From Kiritimatiellia bacterium (GTDB lineage: Bacteria > Verrucomicrobiota > Kiritimatiellia > RFP12 > UBA1067), in NCBI GenBank assembly GCA_016296065.1, contig JAEDKA010000002.1:39493-103492 (forward strand): 64,000 nt of DNA, given 5' to 3'. Within the stretch, counting starts at the first letter, position 1. Each line of letters begins with the position of its first letter. The position numbers and the translations under genes are program-made. Below are positions 37,878-45,621 of this stretch, piece by piece. The notes under the pieces are model-generated. The model was not told the origin of the DNA, did not search any database, and saw nothing but the letters and a program-made list of their open reading frames with translations.

Positions 37878-38357
37878 ATGGAAGAGGAAGTGATAACATT
37901 TCTTTCGGACGAGCGCACGGAAATCGGGCGCATCGTTAAGTCGCAGGCTTTGGGCTTTGGCTTCGACTGGCAGTCCAGTGAGGGAGCGGTGCTGAATATT
38001 GACAGTGCTGTCGTTGCGGTCGGAATGGATGAAGCGAGCGCCGAGGCGATATTGAGTAGGACTGTGTCCCCGCAGTTCGGAGAGCAGGAGTCGTGCGCCA
38101 CCTACGCACTCGACGCGTCGCGTCCGATTATAGACGAGGATGGCGGCGAATGTCCTTATGTCGGCGAGTCCCTGGCGGACTGGATACTCTGCGAGCACTG
38201 TCTCTATGGACGCGGCCGGATAACAGTTCTTGGTGACGACGGAATGCTCCCTGCCGAATTGCAATTGATCGAGCATTTGTTCGAGAAGCTTATGGTGTCG
38301 CTCATCAAGAGAGATGGATCGCCTCGCGCCGAGGCGACGCTGACTACAGAATGTTGA
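37878..38357 (+). CDS. hypothetical protein (159 aa), cassette-driven
   Basis: acidic protein; no recognisable domain. Confidence 0.55.
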   Translation: MEEEVITFLSDERTEIGRIVKSQALGFGFDWQSSEGAVLNIDSAVVAVGMDEASAEAILSRTVSPQFGEQESCATYALDASRPIIDEDGGECPYVGESLADWILCEHCLYGRGRITVLGDDGMLPAELQLIEHLFEKLMVSLIKRDGSPRAEATLTTEC

Positions 38358-38362
38358 GGAAA

Positions 38363-38420
38363 TGTCGCTCCGCCGGCGACAAGGGGAGGGGCGGGTTTTG
38401 GTAGAATAGGCGGCGTAAAA
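38363..38420 (+). promoter_or_regulatory. island promoter-operator cassette G
   Basis: TGTCGCTCCGCCGGCGACA + aggggaggggcgggtt + TTGGTAGAATAGGCGGCGTAAAAC. Confidence 0.6.
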
Positions 38421-38440
38421 CAAAACGAAAGGAGATTGGC

Positions 38441-39082
38441 ATGAAGCATGCAACGAAATACGGCGAGGCGGCGCAGATAACCGGCGGCCAGGTCGCCGAA
38501 TCCGGCGACGAAGACGCGCGTCGGGCGTGGGCGGATCAGAAACGCGACTGCGCGGAGGCGGAGTACTTTCTCGGCGAGTGCCATGACTTCGGCGAGCACG
38601 GCCTTTCCAAGGACGATGCGCTCGCGCGCTACTGGTACGAGCGAGCGGCGCGGCATGGCGATGTGTGCGCGATGACGAATCTCGGCTACATGTTCGCGCA
38701 CGGCAACGGAGTCGAGGTGGACGGCGAGAAGTCGGTCGGGTGGTACGAGCTCGCGTCGGCGAACGGCAGCTATCTTGCAATGGGAAATCTTGCCTATTTC
38801 CATCTCACGGGCATATTCGTCGGCAAGGCGGATCCCGTGAAGGCCGTGCGGTTGTACGAGAAGGTCGTCAAGATGGAGCCGGAGTGCGAGTGCTACAAGT
38901 ACGACCTCGGGACCTGCTACGAGAACGGTGTGGGTACGGCGGTCGACATGGAGCGAGCGATTGCGCTCTATCGTGACGCGGCGCGGCTCGGGTCAGGACT
39001 TGCAAAGAAGGCGCTCAAGCGCCTTGGTGTAGACCGGAATGTTGAGTGCGGAACAGGGAAAGCGGAAGGAGTCGCGGTATGA
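38441..39082 (+). CDS. Sel1-repeat protein, cassette-driven
   Basis: Sel1 repeats (YWYERAARHGDVCAMTNLGYMFAHGNGVEVD…). Confidence 0.7.
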   Translation: MKHATKYGEAAQITGGQVAESGDEDARRAWADQKRDCAEAEYFLGECHDFGEHGLSKDDALARYWYERAARHGDVCAMTNLGYMFAHGNGVEVDGEKSVGWYELASANGSYLAMGNLAYFHLTGIFVGKADPVKAVRLYEKVVKMEPECECYKYDLGTCYENGVGTAVDMERAIALYRDAARLGSGLAKKALKRLGVDRNVECGTGKAEGVAV

Positions 39083-39891
39083 ACGAACTTGGAATGAACG
39101 AGGAATGGACGAAGGCGAAGATGCGCGAGGGATATCTCCGCGAGAAGTGCGCCGAAGAGGTGGAGGAGTACATGCACCTCACGACATGCGTCGGGCCGAA
39201 CTTGAAGACGCAGTACATGCTGTGCATCGGACAGCTTGAGTACCGCGTCTTCCAGCTCAAGACGGACGTCGCGCGTTGGCAGCGGCGCTTCACGCTGAGG
39301 CAGCAGGCGCTGAACCGGGGCGAGACGCCGAACCTGGTCCAGATCGAGGCGCAGTTGGACGAGGAGTTCCAGGACTACCTTCGCCAGGTCAAGGAACATC
39401 TTGCGGCGATCAAGGCCGCCGCGCAGCATGCGTCCATGGCAAGATTAAGCGACGAGGAGACGTCGGCGATCCGCGTTAACTACTTGAAGGCCGTCAAGCG
39501 GCTGCATCCGGACATCAACCCCGGTTTGCCCAAGGGCGCGGCGGAGCTGTGGAACAAGATACAGGAGGCCTATGCGAACGGAGACTGGAAGGAGCTTGAG
39601 TTTCTCGTTGCGATGGTCGACGGTGTGCTCGGTGGCGCGGCGACCGTTCCCGAAGACGGCGATGCCCTTGAGGCGTTGAAGAAGTCCATCGCGCGCCTCG
39701 AAAAGAGTCTTGAGGAGCTTAAGGAGCGGAGGAAGAATCTTGAACAACAGGAGCCGTTCGTCTGGAAGGACTTTCTGGGCGACGAGGAAGAGGTGGCCTT
39801 GCGGCAGGCGGTCCTTAACAAGAAGATCGCGGAGCTCGAGGAGGTCGTTTCGGAATACGAATCGCTTTGGAGCGCGAAGGAGGTGGCGTAG
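39079..39891 (+). CDS. J-domain (DnaJ-like HPD) containing protein
   Basis: YLKAVKRLHPDINPGLPKGAAELWNKIQEAYANGDW: a J-domain with an HPD motif in the central region; start overlaps the Sel1 stop (ATGA). Confidence 0.65.
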   Translation: MNELGMNEEWTKAKMREGYLREKCAEEVEEYMHLTTCVGPNLKTQYMLCIGQLEYRVFQLKTDVARWQRRFTLRQQALNRGETPNLVQIEAQLDEEFQDYLRQVKEHLAAIKAAAQHASMARLSDEETSAIRVNYLKAVKRLHPDINPGLPKGAAELWNKIQEAYANGDWKELEFLVAMVDGVLGGAATVPEDGDALEALKKSIARLEKSLEELKERRKNLEQQEPFVWKDFLGDEEEVALRQAVLNKKIAELEEVVSEYESLWSAKEVA

Positions 39892-39892
39892 A

Positions 39893-40285
39893 ATGGCAGG
39901 GGAACTTGTGATCAGCGACAGGAACTGGCTCGACGTCCGAAATTCGGCGTCGTCGGTTCCGATGCCGTTTTCGCACGAGGTATTCCTCAAGGAGTGCCAC
40001 GTCGCGGGGACGATGCACGTTGACGACGTTCTGTACAAGACGAAGTCCGTCGACGTCGGCGCTCCGCTCGTGCTGAAGCGCGAGCCGGAGAACGGTTACG
40101 ACGAGCTGGCGATCCGCGTTGAGACCGCCGCGGGCGAGGGCATCGGGTGGGTGCCTAAAAAGCACAACGACGTCCTTGCGCGGCTGATGGACGCCGGAAA
40201 GCTCCTCGTCGCGAAGGTCGTCCATAAGGAACTCGAGGACCACTGGCTGAACATGAGAATCGAGATATTCCTGAAGGACATATGA
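39893..40285 (+). CDS. HIRAN-domain protein
   Basis: LVLKREPENGYDELAIRVETAAGEGIGWVPKKHNDVLARLMDAG matches the HIRAN consensus (L..EP.NP.D.NAI.V…G..IGY…); 1 nt after the J-domain gene stop. Confidence 0.6.
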   Translation: MAGELVISDRNWLDVRNSASSVPMPFSHEVFLKECHVAGTMHVDDVLYKTKSVDVGAPLVLKREPENGYDELAIRVETAAGEGIGWVPKKHNDVLARLMDAGKLLVAKVVHKELEDHWLNMRIEIFLKDI

Positions 40286-40329
40286 CATGGTAGAATTGTC
40301 GTCAAAAGGAGGAGAAAACGAGGAGGATT

Positions 40330-40953
40330 ATGAACAAGCGCATTAAACAGCTGACGATCGCCGACAGGGTGCCTGGATTTACGAGATACGCAGAGTTCTT
40401 CGACCGGCTTGGTGGTGCTGGCTCTCCCATCCGTCCGTCGCGAGAGGAGAAGGAGCGCCTTGTCGAGCGGCTGTCGCAAATCAGAGGTCGGCCGCGTTAC
40501 CTTTTCGACGGTGTGCGCGAGGACATCCTGTCGACTGCGGAGGTCAGGGAATGCCGGCGATTCCCCGACGGACGGCTGTACGTCCGCTACGAAGTGGAAG
40601 CAATGCTGACCGACGGGAGTTGGGACGGTCCGCATGAGCTGCTTACGGCATGGGGCACCGACGGGCGGCTTGACGCCTATACCTTCTTGCATGGCACCGG
40701 ACGTGGCACGGAGGTCGCGGCGACATTGCACTTGGCCTGTAATGTCGATGGTTATGGCGACGAATACGTGAGCGACGTGGGCAGCGTCCTTGCGTTCGCC
40801 GAAGAGATGGACATCGGCGATGGGGTTGTCGTCGGGAACGACGAGTGCTGCGGTGAGTTCATGATGGCGACGAAGGAGAAGTGCGGCATCCGGCTCTGTT
40901 GGCAGGTCTTCGCATCCCCGTGGATCTTCTTCGCGTTCGTGCGTCGGGCTTGA
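40330..40953 (+). CDS. hypothetical protein (207 aa)
   Basis: promoter TGGTAGAATTGTCGTCAAAAGG at 40283 (cassette-like, no palindrome). Confidence 0.5.
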   Translation: MNKRIKQLTIADRVPGFTRYAEFFDRLGGAGSPIRPSREEKERLVERLSQIRGRPRYLFDGVREDILSTAEVRECRRFPDGRLYVRYEVEAMLTDGSWDGPHELLTAWGTDGRLDAYTFLHGTGRGTEVAATLHLACNVDGYGDEYVSDVGSVLAFAEEMDIGDGVVVGNDECCGEFMMATKEKCGIRLCWQVFASPWIFFAFVRRA

Positions 40954-41026
40954 GCGTGCGTCGGAGGCGATCCGCACCTACTTCGACAAGGGGATCCTTG
41001 GCATACAGGATTTTTGCGAATGGGAG

Positions 41027-41356
41027 ATGGCGGAGGAATACGATGAACAATCCGGGCTCGTGACATTCCACATTTCGCGCGAACTGCGGCGCGACCTTCT
41101 GCGTGCAATGCGCAAAGGCGACAGGATTGCAGAGCAGACGCTCCGCGACGCGGGGGTGAAAAATTCTGGCGCAATGGACGAACAGGAGGTCCGCGTTCCG
41201 TATGCTCCGTATCGAAAGATGCTGTCCACGCTTCGGGAAGCGCTTGACGATATCAAGCCAAGAGAAGAGTATCGTCGGCTCCAACTTTATCTCGCGCTTC
41301 GTGATGATGAGCTGGCGCAGAACAATCTAGGTAATATATACAGAAAATCAAAATAG
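41027..41356 (+). CDS. hypothetical protein (109 aa)
   Basis: ORF only; start uncertain. Confidence 0.35.
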   Translation: MAEEYDEQSGLVTFHISRELRRDLLRAMRKGDRIAEQTLRDAGVKNSGAMDEQEVRVPYAPYRKMLSTLREALDDIKPREEYRRLQLYLALRDDELAQNNLGNIYRKSK

Positions 41357-41551
41357 CGGTTAGCCGTGAGTACGGACTTTCCGAAAACTGGGAGGAGATT
41401 GATTTGACATGTGGCTGGCGAATGGTATTAGCATCGCCTCGGACGTAAAGGGCAATGGGTCGGGAAACCGGCATAGCTCATGCAAGAGATTCGCCAGCCA
41501 CTTTTATCTGACAGTAATGAAATGGTGGCGCACTAACAGGAGAAGTGCACG

Positions 41552-42481
41552 ATGAGAACCAACGAAGCGACAACTGACGACAAGTTCTGGACGGAACTTG
41601 CTCGCGCCGGGGAAGCGGGCGACATGAAGCGGTTCAACGAGCTGTTGGATTCTATCGGCAAGATACAGATCAGCACAGTCAACGATTTTGACTCTGGATT
41701 CTGGACGCCGCTCATGCATGCCGTCGAAGATGGCGATCTGAAGCGTTTTGATGAGCTAATTGCTGATGGTGCGGATGTCAACGTAGGTAATTTTGAAACA
41801 GAGACATACCCCATTACCCTTGCTGCCGAATATGGTCGTGATGAGATGTTCTTCCGCCTGGTTGAGCTTGGCGCCAGCATGGACGTGGACCAGTATTGCT
41901 GCCCATGCTGCGATATGTGGTATGGATTCAATCCTGCAGATCTGTTTGTTCTCGCAATGGAGGCGGGAAGTGTGAAAATTGCTCGCTATCTCAGCTTCAT
42001 GGGAGTGCGTCCGTGGTCGTCTACGCGGTCGCTTCGCAACTGCGGGGATACTGTCCGTGAAGTGGCGAAAGCCTCAGGGAATGGGGATTTTCTCAGGCGC
42101 GTCATTATGACGAAAGAGCTCGCACAGGGGTACATCACGAGATGGCGCGTCGAGGAAACGATAAGGTTCATCAAGCAGTCGTACCGTCTGGAGCACATGA
42201 GGCTGCTGGACTTCCAGCGGCTGAGGAACATGGCGGCGCTTGTCGTGGCTGTGGCGTACTTCGCGGCGGCCTGGCTCGGCAAGAAGGTGAAGCTCGACGC
42301 GCTCGCCAGGCACGTCGCAAAGGTCTCGCGCAAAATGTTCGAGGTGCCGGAGTTCTTCTACTACGCAATCGCGGACGGCCTCCGCTGGCTCTTCGTGCGC
42401 CACGGGAAGTGGCGCGGATGGAAGTGCCCGCGAGAGGAATGCGGCGACTTGCAGATGGAGTTCGAGCTGCTGACGGGATGA
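41552..42481 (+). CDS. chimeric ORF: N-terminal ankyrin-repeat protein fused in frame to a C-terminal IS4-family transposase fragment
   Basis: ANK repeats (GFWTPLMHAVEDGDLKRFDELIADGADVNV); from ~aa 195, YITRWRVEETIRFIKQ is the Y-x2-R-x3-E-x6-K signature of DDE_Tnp_1 (IS4). Confidence 0.55.
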   Translation: MRTNEATTDDKFWTELARAGEAGDMKRFNELLDSIGKIQISTVNDFDSGFWTPLMHAVEDGDLKRFDELIADGADVNVGNFETETYPITLAAEYGRDEMFFRLVELGASMDVDQYCCPCCDMWYGFNPADLFVLAMEAGSVKIARYLSFMGVRPWSSTRSLRNCGDTVREVAKASGNGDFLRRVIMTKELAQGYITRWRVEETIRFIKQSYRLEHMRLLDFQRLRNMAALVVAVAYFAAAWLGKKVKLDALARHVAKVSRKMFEVPEFFYYAIADGLRWLFVRHGKWRGWKCPREECGDLQMEFELLTG

Positions 42482-42597
42482 CGGCACTCGCATTCGCGGC
42501 AAAACATACTCCAAAAACCCTCCGAAGCCCGCAAAAACGCGCAAGGCCCTCCAAGGGCTCGGTAGCGTTTCCCAAAGGTGGGGATATTCCAGTGATC
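42130..42597 (+). mobile_element. IS4-family IS remnant (3' part of transposase plus terminal sequence)
   Basis: YREK-motif transposase C-terminus; terminal motif caaaggtggggatattccag also present at 28063-28082. Confidence 0.5.
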
Positions 42598-42642
42598 GAG
42601 GTGTCTTGAGCGGAGACGCGCGGATTTTGATATAATAGTCGC

Positions 42643-43425
42643 ATGGCGCAGGAAAACGACAGTAGCAATCGTCCGTTCCTCCGCGGCAGGGCCGTGGGGA
42701 GGGTGCTCTCGTTCGCGCTTGTCCTCTCGCTTGCGGCTGCCGCAGCCTGCGCGCAGCTTGCGCTTCGCGGTGCGCGGCCCGCAGGTGCGCCGGCGATGGC
42801 CGAAGGTGCGCTAGCCGCGCTCGGCGGACTGAGGTCCATCGCGGCGGAGGTCGTGTGGTTCCGCGCGGACCGCCTGCAGGACGAGGGGCGCTACGTCGAG
42901 CTCGCGCAGCTCGCGTCCACGCTCGCCTACCTGGAGCCGCACACCCCCGAGGTGTGGAGCCACGCGGCGTGGAACCTCGCGTACAACATCTCGATAATGA
43001 TGCCGACCCCAGAGGACCGCTGGCGCTGGGTCCATGCGGCGATACGCCTCCTCCGCGACAAGGGCCTCGCGCTGAATCCGCTGGAAAGCGAGCTGTACCG
43101 CGAGCTCGCGTGGATGTTCGAGCTGAAGCTCGGCACGGACCTCGACTCGGCCGCGGGCGTGTACCGCGAGAAGTGGCGCGAGATAGTGAAGGACGTCGAG
43201 CGTCGCGGCGCGTGGCCGGAGATAAGGATGGACGGCGCGGTCGTCGGGGAGGTGCGGCGCGGATACGGAATCGACGACGTGGCGGACCCGCAGTTCTCCG
43301 CCGTCTACTGGGCGCACATCGGACGCACCGTGGCGACGAAGAAGGAGGATTTCCTCTTCCTCAATGAGATCATCAGGCAGGCGCGTCAGATATACTTCAG
43401 AAAGCGCTCGGAAGCCGGGCGGTGA
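42643..43425 (+). CDS. hypothetical exported or membrane protein
   Basis: N-terminal hydrophobic segment; promoter ttttgatataatagtc. Confidence 0.55.
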   Translation: MAQENDSSNRPFLRGRAVGRVLSFALVLSLAAAAACAQLALRGARPAGAPAMAEGALAALGGLRSIAAEVVWFRADRLQDEGRYVELAQLASTLAYLEPHTPEVWSHAAWNLAYNISIMMPTPEDRWRWVHAAIRLLRDKGLALNPLESELYRELAWMFELKLGTDLDSAAGVYREKWREIVKDVERRGAWPEIRMDGAVVGEVRRGYGIDDVADPQFSAVYWAHIGRTVATKKEDFLFLNEIIRQARQIYFRKRSEAGR

Positions 43426-43434
43426 ACAGCCGAG

Positions 43435-43821
43435 CTAGAACCTGTGGATGCATGCGGTCACCTTGCCGAAGTAGTCGAGTTCCTGTCCGGGCTTTAGTCG
43501 GATCGTCGGGAAGTCGGGGTTCGCCGGTTCCAGGCGGACGCCGTTGGCGTCCTTGCGGTAGGTCTTCACCGTGAACTCGCCGTCCACCGATGCGATGATG
43601 ACGTCGCCCGAGGCCGGGCGCAGCGAGCGGTCCACGACAAGAAGGTCCTTGTCGTGGATTCCCGCGCCAATCATGGAGTCTCCGCTGACCTTGACGAAGA
43701 ACGTCGCCGCAGGGCGCTTGACAAGGAACTCGTTGAGGTCGAGCGGCGGCTCCTGGTACTGTTCGGCCGGCGAGGGGAACCCCGCGGCCACCGAGCCGGA
43801 AACCTTTGTCTTTGCTGGCAT
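43435..43821 (-). CDS. umuD: UmuD-like S24 LexA-family peptidase (translesion polymerase V accessory subunit homologue)
   Basis: GFPSPAEQY, VSGDSMIGAGI, GEFTVK: full-length match to UmuD/LexA C-terminal domain; the long upstream ORF extension is rejected. Confidence 0.8.
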   Translation of the reverse strand: MPAKTKVSGSVAAGFPSPAEQYQEPPLDLNEFLVKRPAATFFVKVSGDSMIGAGIHDKDLLVVDRSLRPASGDVIIASVDGEFTVKTYRKDANGVRLEPANPDFPTIRLKPGQELDYFGKVTACIHRF

Positions 43822-43835
43822 GGTGGCTCCAGTCT

Positions 43836-44813
43836 TCAGACCGGACGCGGCACCGCGCCAGATATCTCGTGCGCGCGGTACGGTTCTTCGAGGTACTTGA
43901 CTTCGTCGGACGAAAGCTCGAGGTCCACGGACCTCACGGCGTCGTCGAAGTGGCGTGCATTCGTGGCGCCGACGATCGGCGCGGCAACGCCCTTGGCGAA
44001 GTGCCAGGCGAGCGCGATCTCGCTCATCGTGACCGCGCGCCGCCTGGCGAGCTCGGCAACGCGTCCGACTATGACGATGTCGCTGTCCTTCGAGCGGTCG
44101 TACTTGCGGTGCAGTATCTTGTCCGTCGCGTCGCGCCTGGATCCGCTGTCCCATCCTGGGTGCGTGAGGTGCCCGCCGGCGAGCGGGGAGTAGGGGATGC
44201 GCGAGACGCCGTACTGCTCCGCCACGGGTATGAGGTCGCGCTCGTCCTCGCGGTAGAGGAGGTTGTAGTGGTCCTGCAGCGTCGAGAAGAGCGTGAGCCC
44301 GTTGCGCTCTGCGCACAGCTGCAGGTTGTGGAACTGGTAGCCGTACATGGCGGATGCGCCCAGGGCGCGCACCTTGCCGGACTTTACGAGCGCGTCGAGC
44401 GCCGACATCGTCTCCTCCATCGGCGTCGCATAGTCGAAGCGGTGTATCTGGTAGAGGTCGAGGTAGTCGGTCCCGAGTCTGGAGAGGGTGCCGTCTATCT
44501 CGCGTTCGATCGCCTTCTTCGACAGGTGCCCGTCGTTGAAATAGACCTTGGACGCGATGACGACTTTGTCGCGCCTGACGCCGAGGTCCCTGAGCGCGTT
44601 GCCCAGGAACTCCTCGCTCGTCCCGTGCGCGTAGCAGTTCGCGGTGTCGAAGAAATTGACTCCGAGGTCGATTGCGTGGCCAATCATCTTCGTCGTCTCG
44701 TCCTGCGGAAGAGTCCAGAGGTGGAAGTCCTCCGAGGCCTTGCCGTACGACATGCAGCCGACGCAGATGCGGCTGACTTCTATTCCTGTGCTGCCAAGCT
44801 TAGCGTATTTCAT
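43836..44813 (-). CDS. aldo/keto reductase
   Basis: AKR family signatures (GCMSYG…, IHRFD…). Confidence 0.85.
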   Translation of the reverse strand: MKYAKLGSTGIEVSRICVGCMSYGKASEDFHLWTLPQDETTKMIGHAIDLGVNFFDTANCYAHGTSEEFLGNALRDLGVRRDKVVIASKVYFNDGHLSKKAIEREIDGTLSRLGTDYLDLYQIHRFDYATPMEETMSALDALVKSGKVRALGASAMYGYQFHNLQLCAERNGLTLFSTLQDHYNLLYREDERDLIPVAEQYGVSRIPYSPLAGGHLTHPGWDSGSRRDATDKILHRKYDRSKDSDIVIVGRVAELARRRAVTMSEIALAWHFAKGVAAPIVGATNARHFDDAVRSVDLELSSDEVKYLEEPYRAHEISGAVPRPV

Positions 44814-44855
44814 GCATGTGTCTCCAATGTGCGCTTGTTTCGTCGAACGCGGTCA

Positions 44856-45476
44856 TTATATCATTTTCGCGGGTTCGTAGGGGCGGACGCGAAGTGTCGC
44901 GCCGAGCGACTCGGCGATGGCGCGGCAGCGTTGCTGCTTTTCGGCGCTTGTCACCGGCTCGCCCACGACCGTCATGACGACGCTAGGCACGCTTGACGCC
45001 GACTCCTTTGCGAATTCCAGCATTGCGGGATACGCAGCCTCGCCGAACTTCGGTCTGCACAGCGACTGGTATTCCTCAGGATCGTCAGTGTTGAGGCTTA
45101 TCGAGATGCAGTCCACCTTGCCTGCGAAGAGCGCTGCGGTAGGCCTTCCGTTGATGAGGTCGGAGAGTCCGTTCGTGTTAACGCGGACGCGCAGCGACGC
45201 GTCGAGAGACTTGAGGTGTCCCGCTGCGGCGAGCAGGACGTCCAGCCGCTCGGTGGGCTCGCCGTATCCGCAGAACACGACCTCGCGGAATCGTCCGAAG
45301 TCGCACGCGTCGAGGCTCGCGACGACTTCCTCGAGCGTTGGTTCGCGCTCAAGCCACAGCGAGTCGGAGCCGTATACGCCCGGCCCGTTGTGCCTGAGGC
45401 AGAACGTGCAGTCGCAGGGGCACCTATTCGTAAGGTTGACGTATATCGAGTTCTTTACCTGGTATGTGATGGTCAT
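44856..45476 (-). CDS. radical SAM protein (small, TIGR04038-like)
   Basis: CPCDCTFC (CxxxCxxC) cluster near the N-terminus; ~206 aa; minus-strand promoter gatatgatataatac. Confidence 0.6.
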   Translation of the reverse strand: MTITYQVKNSIYVNLTNRCPCDCTFCLRHNGPGVYGSDSLWLEREPTLEEVVASLDACDFGRFREVVFCGYGEPTERLDVLLAAAGHLKSLDASLRVRVNTNGLSDLINGRPTAALFAGKVDCISISLNTDDPEEYQSLCRPKFGEAAYPAMLEFAKESASSVPSVVMTVVGEPVTSAEKQQRCRAIAESLGATLRVRPYEPAKMI

Positions 45477-45621
45477 TTCGCATGTCCTTTTGCCGCCGTT
45501 CCGCGGCATGTCCGCCGCAACGCGGTCGGCGGGTATTATATCATATCCCCCACCGCGGTGGGGGTTGGGGGAGTCCGTGTCCTGTGGTAAAATTAACTCA
45601 GTGAAAATGGGAGCTGGAGCA

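Noticed and set aside
32477-38420. Interpretation of the repeated intergenic units as integron attC sites
   Set aside because: No R''/R' core sites (RYYYAAC…GTTRRRY) are present. Each unit contains a sigma70-like extended -10 correctly spaced from the ATG, so they act as promoters rather than recombination sites. No integrase gene is present.
43435-44316. 293-aa version of the umuD ORF
   Set aside because: The N-terminal 165 codons overlap the aldo-keto reductase gene and are Arg/Pro-rich. Homology to UmuD starts at MPAKTKV (43821).
44917-45621. N-terminal 235-codon extension of the esterase ORF (start at 44917)
   Set aside because: It overlaps the divergent radical-SAM gene. The signal peptide and a TGGTAAAAT promoter define the real start at 45607/45622.
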